Source: the human T2T-CHM13v2.0 reference genome, Homo sapiens. From it: a DNA stretch of 64,000 nucleotides. The stretch lies in the NCBI RefSeq assembly GCF_009914755.1, contig NC_060925.1; one strand, given 5' to 3'. The notes below the pieces were generated by a model. It had not been told where the DNA came from. It did not search any database and saw only the letters and a program-made list of their open reading frames with translations. Shown in pieces: positions 36,853-49,399 of the stretch. A program made the translations under genes and the position numbers. Position 1 is the stretch's first letter, and each line of letters starts with the position of its first letter.

Positions 36853-39024
36853 CACTGATCTCTTTTCCAGAGTCTCTCTAGCCTGGAAATCCACTAGGTG
36901 GAGCAAAGGATCAAGAATTACCTGCCCAAGAGCTCTCACAAGCAAATATCAACCAGTACTGCAACTATACCTTTTCCTCTATAAAACCTAGACAAAGGCT
37001 GGGGGAAAATTGAGTTTCTGAAGCTGCTTGAGATCAAATGTTCCCTGTTCATTAAAATGGACAGTGGCTCAAGGAATAAAGAAACTCAGATTTGCTGAGC
37101 TGGACATGATTACTAAATACACAGGAGGCACACCCATCTTGGACTATTTCCCCATGGCTTGGCTCTCATTACGTATTTCCTTTCTGCTTTCATTGGTGGC
37201 AGATGGAATTTGGGATAGACTTCTTATCCAAGCTCCTGTATTCGAAATATCCTGTGCTTAGATCATACATCTTTTTCCCGCCTACTCTAGGCATCCCAAA
37301 GTTCTAGTATCAACCTGGTTTCTATTTAAATATATTCTCTTTGATTCCTGGCCCTTGGATTCTAACATTTCCTTCCTTGGATTCCAATCTTGTCTTTTTT
37401 TCTGCACTTATGTGTCGGTTAGCTGAGCAGAAGCCAGGTTCTTATTTGAGGATTTTTAAGGTGTAAAAGGAGACTGTCCTTGTTTCCCTATCAGTTCTTT
37501 GTCCCTTGTGCAAAGTGTACTCTGTCTGCCTTTGCATTCAAACTGCAGTTGTTAACTGTCCTATATCTCAGTCAAAATCTGCTACCAATAGAAGGCATGG
37601 TTCATTACAATCATCATTCCATAACATGCAAGTCCAAACACTTGCAGAGGGAAACTTGAGGTAGGAGGTAAATTCCAAATCCAAAGTTATTGTTTTTCAT
37701 GGCTATGACTCTGTGGCAGGATAATCTATTGAAATATTAATTTCTTTGTCTACTTTCTGTACTTTCTCTACCCCTTTGATCTAAGTGAGTTAGGTAGGCC
37801 CTTAGTAATTTCTTACCTTAGAGATATTTTGCAGAATGATCTAGCTGTCTGTAGATAAAACCTGAACTCAATGAAGATAGTATTATCAATGTCTTTGAAG
37901 GCAGCAGGAAAAGGAAAGGAGAAAATTTCCCAAGAATATAAGGAAGTTTTCAGTCTATGGGTGAGGGTGAGTAGGACTACACATGGCCGCAGGAGAGTAC
38001 TGGACTGCAATGGACATGTCAGTGGTAACCAGTATGTATTGACAACTGGCAGGATCTCTGCCAAGCTTTGGTGCCATGTAAGATTCCAGGACCTTGAAAA
38101 ACCCTTGCAGTGGAGAGTCCAAATAATGACTGAGATTACAATTTCTGCCAATCAAGCTGGATGGGGACTCAGAGTCAGAGTTAAGTAGGTGAAAAGCAAA
38201 TGAAGAAGTGAGATATTTCTTGTACATCTGAGTTTATCTGAGTTTCCTATTGACTGCACTCAATTAAGAGTTCATCATGGAGGTCTGTGACCTCAGAGCA
38301 GTATAGAATGGTGGGTAAAGTATGGTCTCTGGAAACAGGCTGCCTGGGTTCAAATCTGAGCTCTGCTACTGATTAGGTATGAATCCTTGTACAAGTTATT
38401 CAGCCTCTCTCTACCACAGGTTTCCCCCTGTGAAGTGGGGATGATAATAGCACGTATCTTACAAGGTTGTGGTTGAAAAATCAGTACCTGACATATAGCA
38501 AAATTGAATGTAAACTGTTATTTCTATAGGGTTTTTTGCATCACTATAACGGTTGTTGAAATTTAAATTAATTTTTAAAATACACAATACACACAAATGG
38601 TACAAAAGGTTTTGAAAGAGATACAATGAAAGATAAAGGTGTACAACAAAAAATTGTTCCCTAATTTTCCTCCCCAGATGCAACCTGTGTCACTAATTGT
38701 ATATTAAACAAATGAAACTCCTTACATATGTTTCTGTACCTTCCCCCTCTTAAAAATACATTGTGAAAATTGTTCTTTGATAGTATTCCATTATATCGAT
38801 ATATTCTAGATTATTAACTTATTGAACTAGTCTTCCTCATGGACTGGTTTTTTACTCTTACAAATAATACTGCAATAAAATCTTTGTACCTACATCTTTG
38901 AGCATGTCTGGAATATCTGTGGGATAAGTTCCTAAAAGTAGAATTACTGAATTCAAGGCTCTGTACATTATAAAATCTGATAGATACTGTCAAATTGCCC
39001 TCCATACAGCAAATTATACTCCCG

Positions 39025-39280
<256 letters not shown>

Positions 39281-40529
39281 ATGCCAGTGGAGGAGGTTGT
39301 TCACTTTTCTGATGTTTGCCAATCTGTTAAGTCCTCTTATAATTTGTATTTGCATTTATCTTAATAATGAGATTGAACATATTTTTCATATTTTAAAATC
39401 GCATTTCTATTTCCTTTTTGAGAAACAATCTGCTATAAAAAGCATTGTTCAGAAGTGACAATAACATATCTGATGGTTATATGAAGATCCTTCTAATCTC
39501 ATCACCAGGAAAATATGTTTCTGCCATCAAAAGCTTCCTGACAGTTCCGTTATGTGATGTACTCTGAATTCTTTGTGGTTATCCCTCAACTCCACTGCAC
39601 CAGGGAGCTAAGAGAAGATTTTTGTTTTAGTATATCTGGTAGTGAAAGGCACTCAGGGATCAAAGGATGAAAGTGATAAGATGCTTCCTTGGACACAGTC
39701 TTAGATGCAGTCACTTCCTCAGAGAATATGGAGAATCCAAAAGCAAAAGAACTTGAATGAATCTTTGCAACCAAGACACCCCAGTAACATCTTTCAGAGG
39801 TGAGAGAAGCAGAATCAAATTTTTAAAAATGTCTGAATAATTTAAAAATGATTACCTTGTGCTGTTATACCTACTACAGTTTTTCTGTGAAAGTGAAAAA
39901 TAAGTGAAATGAGAATGGTTCAATCAAATGTCAGCCATTTATCAAAAGAACCTCAGGGAAACCATAAGCTCCTTTTTCTAGGCTGTTATCTAGAAAGGGA
40001 GAGACACCAGGAGAGCTGCACAGTCAGAGCTAACAATAATGCAAGGAAGAAGGAAAAAAATGATCAGAGGGGGCTGTTCTGTCTGACACATAACTATTTC
40101 TTTTCCAGGAAGGAAACAGTGCTAACTAGGAAGCCAAATCCAAATTTAGAGATTTAATTAATTTTCCATTTGAAAGTTACAGTTAGGATAATCAGTGTCT
40201 ACTTGTGGGACACCCTCTCTGCCACCCTAAGCATCAGCACACCTGTGTGTGTAATTGACCTAGAAGGTGGGCTGTTATTCCAACCATAAGATGGATAGAA
40301 TCTAAAATTTTGGGTATCATCTAGTTCATCATTTTACAGATGCAGGAATCTAAGATGAGAGTCAAGTGGCTTCTCCAAGTCTACGCTGTGGAGAGTGGAT
40401 ACCACTGCTGAAAGGGAAATGTAAGCCCTTCACCTCATCATACTGTAGCATAGGGCTCTTTGCATCAGTAAAACCAGCTATGTGGCTTCTGCAGGGTTCC
40501 TATTCAAATATATGTTTACATATAAATCT

Positions 40530-41250
40530 ATATTAGTCTGCCGGGTTGCTGATAGCAAAATACCAACAAACAACACACCAATACCAAAATGTCAACAAAT
40601 ACCAACAACAAACAAAATACCATAGACAAAATGTCTGTTAAACAACACACATTTAGTTCTCACAGTTCTGTAGGTTGGGAAGTCCAAGATAAAGGTGCTG
40701 ACAGCTTCAGTTCCTGGTAAGGGCTCTCTTCCTGGCTTGCAGTCAGCTGCCTTCTTGCTGTGTCCTCACAGGACATAGAGAGAGCCCTGGTGTATCTCTC
40801 TCTCTCTCTTGTTTTTTCTTTCATTTTGAGACAGTCTTGCTCTGTCACCCATGCTGGAGTGCACTGATGAGAACCATAGCTCACTGCAGCCTCAACCTCC
40901 CGCCTCAGCCTCCCAAGTAGCTGAGACTATGGGTGTGTGCCACCACACTGGGCTAATTTTTTATTTTTATTTTTATAGAGATGGCGTCTCACCATGTTGC
41001 CCAGGCTGGTCTCAAACTCTGGACTCAAGCGATCCTCCTGCTTTGGCCTCCCAAAGTGCTGAGATTACAGGCAAGAGCCACTGCACCTGACTCTTTCTCT
41101 TCTTAAAAGGGCACTAATCCCATCACGAGTCTCCCACCTTCATGATCTCTTCTAAATCTAATTATTTCCCAAATGCCCCATCTCCAGATACCATCACGTT
41201 GGCAGTTAGGGCTTCAACATATGAATTTGGGAGGGGAGGGAACACAATTC
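40530..41250 (-). mobile_element. MaLR LTR (MLT1A/MST-like) with an inserted antisense AluJ (about 40810-41090)
   Basis: TTCTCACAGTTCTGTAGGTTGGGAAGTCCAAGATAAAGGTG...GGCTTCAACATATGAATTTGG. Confidence 0.75.
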
Positions 41251-41619
41251 ATTCCTTGCTCTTCCTCTGTGTGTATTCGTTGTTGTTGTTGGCCTCCTCC
41301 CCCAAGGAAGAAAGCTCCACAGATTTCGTCTGTTTCACTGACTTTAGTATACTCATCAGCCAAAACAGCAGCCACACCTATATTCAATAAACATTTATTG
41401 AATGAATGGATTTACTGAGTGCTTGCTCTATGCCATACACTGTCCTAAGCACTTTAGATTAACTTTTAAAATCCTTATAATGGCCTTATAAGCTAGGTAC
41501 TATTGCTCCCTTCATTTATACATGAGGAAACTCAGACATGGAGGGGTTAAATAGTTGCCCTGGTTTCATAGGAGACAGAGCCAAGGTTGTGAAATAAGGA
41601 AGCCTAGCTCCTTAGCTCA

Positions 41620-41898
<279 letters not shown>

Positions 41899-41945
41899 TA
41901 GTGACAGCTTACCCTCTTTTAGAACGAAATCAGGAGCTCAGCCAT

Positions 41946-42019
41946 GTCTCTGTGGCGCAATCGGCTAGCGCGTTTGGCTGTTAACTAAAAGGTTGGCGGT
42001 TCGAACCCACCCAGAGGCG
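41946..42019 (+). tRNA. tRNA-Asn (GTT), variant isodecoder
   Basis: 74 nt GTCTCTGTGGCGCAATCGGCTAGCGCGTTTGGCTGTTAACTAAAAGGTTGGCGGTTCGAACCCACCCAGAGGCG; folds as a cloverleaf; anticodon GTT at 41980-41982; A box TGGCGCAATCGG, B box GGTTCGAACCC. Confidence 0.93.
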
Positions 42020-42028
42020 TCGCTGATA

Positions 42029-42032
42029 TTTT
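42029..42032 (+). terminator. Pol III T4 terminator for the tRNA-Asn gene
   Basis: TTTT 9 nt after the tRNA 3' end. Confidence 0.6.
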
Positions 42033-42719
42033 ATAACTCCCACGGTGGTCTGCTCCCTTGAAGACTACATGCCTCACTTCCCCTCCTGTCAACTAGTGGC
42101 TGCTTCTCATCCTCCAAGAAGGTCTCTGTTGGAAAGAAATGTAGTTGGAAGGTACAGAAGTTCCTTGGACCAGGGAACAAGATAAATTTTGTGTGATCTG
42201 TTCACGGGTTCTGGGTGAAATCTTGCTTCTCTTTGTGCCTTTGGGCTATTGACAAGCTATTTGTACCTCAATATTTTTTCAACTGTAATATGAGGATGGT
42301 AATAATACCGCATTTGCAGGATGTGCCTAGATTTAATAATTGCTCGATCAATAATGTTATCAGTAGACTCAAGATTATTATTATCCTCTGCATTATTTTT
42401 GATGAAGGCATTTCTTCTTTTGTTTATTCCATCATGTAACCCTTTACATGTTGTTTTTTAAATTAAGTTTGTTCCATGATTTTACGATTACAAATAATGC
42501 TGCAGTCATCATTCTTGTACAAATATCTTTTGCTATTTGTACACGGATTTCTATAGGGTAGAGTTCTGGAAGTGCAACTGCTGTATCATAGTGGTTACAG
42601 TACACATTTTTTATTTTAATTAATAAGCCCTGTAAATTTGCCTTCCATAGAAGTGGTACCAATTTATATTCCAATTTGTTTTTTCAACTCAGAGAATCCT
42701 TTTCTTCATACTCTTGCTA

Positions 42720-43040
<321 letters not shown>

Positions 43041-43294
43041 CACACACATACATATGAAATAAAATAAAAAATAAAGGGAGTGTTGCCCTCCTGACTTAAC
43101 TAAGGGGAGGTACAACAGATGACATGGCGCACATGGAGCAGTAGAGTATCTCCTCATCTCTTCAGCTAAACTTCCAAGATATTTTGTACAGCTATAATTT
43201 GTTTCTGTGGTGACCAGGTCTGGAGAAGATATTCTGATATTTATTACTCCACTCTTTCCTCTATAAATGGCAAGGGTGAATTAGTATGCTATCT

Positions 43295-43682
43295 GTATTA
43301 GTCAAGGTTCTCCAGAGAAACAGAATCATCCATCTATCATCTATTTTTATTGATTTATTTTAAGGAATTAGCTCACATGATTGTGAAAGTTCAAGGCAGG
43401 CAGGCTGGAGACCCAGGGAAGAGTTGTTATTTGAGTCCTAAAATATTCTGTTGGTAGAATTTCCTCTTCTTCCAGGAAGGTCAATCTCATTCCATTCAGG
43501 CCTTCAACTGATTGGATGAGGTCCACCCACATGACATGGGGCAACCTGCTCTACTCAAAGTCTACTAATGCAAATGTTACTCTCATCCAAAATACCCTTT
43601 CTCAGAAACCTCCAGAATTATATTTGACCACATACCTGGGCACTGTGGTCTAGCCAAGTTAACACATAAAATTAACCATCAC
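43295..43682 (-). mobile_element. MLT2 (ERVL) solo LTR
   Basis: TGTATTAGTCAAGGTTCTCCAGAGAAACAGAA ... ACATAAAATTAACCATCACA termini. Confidence 0.8.
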
Positions 43683-44389
43683 ACTGTCTCTATATTATTC
43701 CTTGACAGTTTTTCTTTTTTCTTGCTATGTCCACAAAGATTTGCCCACCTGAGACATATAATCTTAGCTAATAGAATCCTGCACCTTATGGGCATCCCAT
43801 GCGGACCTGTAATCTCAGAGCTATTGGCATATGTTCCCTCAGTTCATCTGTTGAATCTCATGAGCAGAAATTGAGCTATTTGGCTTTTAGACACTAAATG
43901 TAATTCTTAGACAAGTATTTTTTCTCTCTCTCATTTGTACATTGTCAACCATTTTTTTCCATGATCCACATGGAATTCTGTTTTTGATTTTATGAAATGA
44001 ACATCTGGGGATAGTGGTTAACAGGGATACATTATCTGTTAGGTGGTAGATGACAGCTTATCTAGTCTGTGAGTCTTTTTGGACTGGCTATTTGTTTGTC
44101 CTGAGGTTCTTAGTATTTCCTAGTATTTGAGTCTGCAGTGTTGAGAAGTGGTTCACATCTTATCTATCTAATACTAGATAAAATCTTACGGGTCCAACAA
44201 ATGTCAATATCTGCAAAAGTGGAATATCTTTTGATCTACTATTGATTCACATTTGATCCACAAGGATGATCTCCATGCACAATGATTTTCCCTTAGGAAC
44301 TCTGACTTCAATATGTCGTTCTAGCTAAAGGGATCTTGGAACAGAAAGAAAACTGAATTTCTGGCATCCAATATTCTACTTTCTTAGAC

Positions 44390-45050
44390 TAAAGTTCCTA
44401 AACGCTATACCCATTAATTTCCCATTCTTCCCTCCCTAGCCCCTGGCACAACCACCATTATTTCCTGTCTCTATGAATTTGACTACTCTAGGTACTTCAT
44501 ATAAGCAGAATTCTATAGTATTTTTTCCTTTTGTGACTGGTTTATTTCATTTTGCATAATATCCTCATGTTCATCTATGTTGTAGCATGTGTCAGAATTT
44601 CTTTTCTTTTTTAAGGCTGAATAATATTCCATTGCATGTATTTGCCACATTTTGTTTATTCATTTACCTGTTGTTGGACACTTGGGTTCTTTCCCTTCTT
44701 TAGCTATTGTAATACTGCTATTGATGTAGGTGCACAAATATCTCTTTGAATCCTTGCTTTCAGTTCTTTTGAGTATATAGCCAGAAGTAAATTTGTTGGA
44801 TCATGTGATAATTATTTTTAATATTTTGAGGAACCACCATATGGGTTTCCACAGTGGCTGTACCATTTTATTAGGTTGGTGCAAAAGTAATTGCGATTTT
44901 TGCCATTAAAAGTAATGACAAAAACTGCAGTTACTTTTGCACCAACCTAATACATTCCAAACAACAGTGCACAGGGGTTTCAATTTTTCCACATCATCAC
45001 CAACACTGATAATTTTCTTTCCTTCTTTTTAAAATAATAGCCATCTTGTA
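44390..45050 (-). mobile_element. Old L1M fragment
   Basis: TTTTTAAGGCTGAATAATATTCCATTG, GGACACTTGGGTT, CCACAGTGGCTGTACCATTTTA. Confidence 0.8.
44871..44950. mobile_element. MADE1 (Hsmar1-derived MITE), 80 bp
   Basis: TA|TTAGGTTGGTGCAAAAGTAA...TTACTTTTGCACCAACCTAA|TA: long terminal inverted repeats with a TA duplication. Confidence 0.93.
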
Positions 45051-45287
45051 GGCCTTACTTTTAATTTCCATTTTGTCCTCGAAATCTTGGAGATTGAGCA
45101 AGAAGGAGGGAATGCGCATCTTAGTGAGATCTTCTTAGTTACCACCAAGCCTAATGGCTCAGAGCAAGGGTCTGGATGAGTCCTGGCTCTCACTCTCATA
45201 GAGATGATGGGACCTTGGAAAGGTAAGCTCAGCCTTTCAGTGCAATGTTCTCATCTGCAACAAGGGGTTGTAATAATCAACACTATC

Positions 45288-45649
<362 letters not shown>

Positions 45650-47968
45650 TTATGTGGACTAAATAGGTTACTACACAGTAAAGCACTTAGAAACAATGCC
45701 AGTCACATAATAATGCTCTTGAAACAGTTATTATTATTATTACTATTATTATTATGTCTTTGTTTTCATTTCTAACTGTACCAGTGAGAAATTTTAACAT
45801 TCCCTAAAATAAATTAGAAATATTCAATGGTTTTTTTGACCTCTTCTCCCCATATTAGTGGCCAGGTGTCTGAAAAACTGGTTACTTGAAGTGTCTACTC
45901 AAAGTACAGACGTAGAATCCTACAGCAGGATTCTATCCTCCAACAGGATCTCTGTTAGTGCACCAGAGGACTGGATCCAACCTGATCAAATTCTTGGACC
46001 TTGGACAGGCCTGATTGTTTAGGTCATGGTAGACAATCTTTGGCACATGATTCTAGCAAGAGCCTTTAATACCCATTCAGACTTACGCAAGTATTACAAG
46101 AAAAATGCAAGTATATACCTACCAATGGCCTCTTCTCTTTTTTTTTTGTTTTCTTCAGAAATCAAGGTAGGAAAATTTGATTTACCTGGAATTTGTAGAA
46201 GATTTCCTCTTTCAGTTACGATGGAGTTTTGTGGCAAACCAGCACTCCCTTCGAAAAGAAGTAGATAAAATCTGGTTTAAAGGAATTCTGTTTGAAGTCT
46301 TTGAAAAGCTAGGACCCACAGGGCCAGCTACAGAAAGCGGGTGGAGAGAGAGAGAGAGAAAGAAGATCATTGGAATGAAACAATTTTTCCCCCTCAGGGT
46401 ATTTGCTAGTTCTTGGCAAGGGACAAGAGGCTGAGAAGCTGGGGAGAGGGCAGTGGTTAAAAACCAGAGAAAACAGCAGCACTTTAAGTAACCTCATGGG
46501 GGTGGGGAGTGGGTAGACATGTGGAGCTGTCCAGGTATTTTGACTTGAAAAGCCAAGATTCTAGAATGAATTGAGATGTGAACTGAACACTTGGTAAAGG
46601 TTTTCCCCTCAAGGCATTTGTGAATTCAGCTCTGTGCTGGTGAGAGGCTAGCAGAGAGTGGCTGAAAGCAGTTTTCATTGGGAAGGATGCAAAGGAGACA
46701 GAAATCAAAATTCACTACCCTCCAAAAAAATGGCGCCTCTCAAATTGGGAGTCCTAGAGGTCTATAGCCTAGGAATGTGGGCAAACCAGATATAGACTGA
46801 GCCTTCCCATGAGTGCAAGCAAAGGTGGGTGGAATGGGAGTTTGGAAGGTTAAAATCGACCTCATATTAAATGAAACCCCTACACGTTGCTACTGCAAGG
46901 GAAAGGAAGCAAGTATCGCATTGGGATATATTATTTATTATGTATTAAAAGGTAATACAACATGAGGCTAAATTTATTAGTCAGACTTAAATGATTATTC
47001 TCCAGTTTTAGTCACTATACTCTTGAAAGAATGTAGGAAGTGAAAACCTGGAGAGTTCCTAAAAACGAAGAGTAAGAATCACTAGAAGTTAAAAAAAAAT
47101 TCATTTAGGAAAAGCCACAAGAATTGTTTTTACTGAAATTGTCTTCAAGAAAATAAAAGCTGCTGAGAAAATATTTTGATGTTTTCAAGGAGAGGTATAC
47201 TTAGGTTATTTTGCTGTGGTTAGAAATTGGTTGACAACATAAGCAAAAGGGTAAAAAAGCTGGCTATTGAGGGGGTGGCCTCCCCTGTTATAGAGACCTC
47301 CAGGGTGAAATACGCAGCCTTGCATTGAGTGTGGCTATCAGAAGGCAGGGCTTCCTTGGGTTCTGTAGCTACTTCCACATTCTAATTCTGTGATTGTGAC
47401 TCAAGAGCTGGCACCCTGAGTCTTCCCCATAGCACTATTGTTGATGTCCCAGTGACATGGGATTTGAGCTCTGGCATCTGAAAATGTGTTCCTGCCTTCA
47501 TGACTCTCAAAACTTGTGGAAGCAAAATGCTTCCTGACCTCTGAAGGGACATTCCCTGGGAACTTCATAAGAACCTTATCTCAGCTATAAGAAACAAAAA
47601 TACTCATCCCTTAGCTTAGTTTAAACCCCATTTGTTTTCATTCATTTATTGCCTGTTTTTTCTTCTAAACACCTGTGGGACCTCCCCTTCCTTCTCATAA
47701 CAGCACCCACCCCGACCCCACCCCAGCACTTGCTGCATCTTTCTTTTACCCAGTGGATTGTTGGGTCCTCATGGCTGAGGAAGTTGTAGGCTTCACTCTA
47801 CTTCCTGGTAGGCTCTGCTCTTGAGATTCTATCGTCCTACAGGATCTCCACTAATAATCTAACCTCTGTAAGCCATAATTTTGTTTCAATTGCTTTAGGT
47901 AGTTTTGGAGAAAAGCCTGGCCATTGTGAAGACATAGACATCTTTCTTCTCTGTCCTTCCTTTCAAAG

Positions 47969-48113
47969 ACGGCTGTAAGAGAGCTCTTCATGAGAAAATG
48001 TCCCAGCAGAAGGCTGGGATGCATCAGCCCTCAGAGAAGAAGGGACCTGCTGAGAAGGGAGTGAATGAGCAGAAGCCTCGGGTTGAGGAAGAATTCTCTG
48101 TATCCTGCAGTGG
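47969..48113 (+). other. PDE4DIP-like candidate exon A (ATG at 47998; MSQQKAGMHQPSEKKGPAEKGVNEQKPRVEEEFSVSCSG), with GC donor
   Basis: Pyrimidine-rich acceptor ...TTTCAAAG|AC; open frame; weak similarity to PDE4DIP VSQLEA...EELRSASWPG; ends GG|GCAAGA, phase-compatible with the next exon. Confidence 0.55.
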
Positions 48114-48831
48114 GCAAGAGACTTCCCACTATCAGCATTAAGTCATTGCTCGTCAGAGTAGCTTTCAGGGCCTGCAGCCAGCCTCCATACCTTAATTGTA
48201 GGGCTTTCTCTTAACACCTTCTTGGAAATTTCTTCAGAGAAAAATCTATAAAAGTTTTATTAGTAATGACTTTATATTATTCAGAGAAATTTGGTTTTAT
48301 TCTAACTAACATTGCATGTATTCACCAAATATATGGCCTTTGTGGTTACCTGAGCTGGAAATCTTCCAGTCATGTGAGTGGTCTCTCTTCTGGATCCCCA
48401 GGAGCATGTAGGAATCTCCTGTTTCTTCATATGTTACTCTGGTGAATGCTGAACTGTCCCAGTTCCCGAGGAGGTAGATTTATACAGAGGCCCCTCCATT
48501 CTACTCCATCCTCTATGGAAACTCAGGTCCCTGGCTTCTGGAATGGCAGTTTTGATAAGCTGAATTTTAAAAATAAGCTTGCAGAATTGTCAAATAGTGG
48601 CCTGTTGGCTAAATTTGTCAGTTTGTTTTTAATGGCCATTTTCCTATAGCTTTTTGGAAACATTTAAATAATATGGGGTTAATCCATTACGCATTTGCCT
48701 GTGAGCACCAGTTACTGAAATACTAAGTTACTGAAATCACTAATTTGCCTAAGTGGTTGGTGCACAGCTTTGGAAGTGATTCAAATCCTGCTTCATGCTC
48801 CATTAGGTCACTGCCCAATATATTCCACTTA

Positions 48832-49212
<381 letters not shown>

Positions 49213-49399
49213 TTAGTCTCATTACCTCATTTCAGAACTGAGAACACTTAGGCCCTAAGAGATAGTCATTTGATCAAAGTTGCATAATAGCCTCTGGCAG
49301 AGATAACATTAGAATCCTGTGCTCTCGATTCACAAAGGCTACACTACACCCACTTCATCAAATATATTTTTAAAAATTATACTTCTGTGATCATTCTTT

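Noticed and set aside
46125-46172. Strong polypyrimidine acceptor followed by an 8-nt micro-exon candidate (AAATCAAG|GTAGGA)
   Set aside because: No homology or other support; could be a UTR exon start but cannot be established from sequence.
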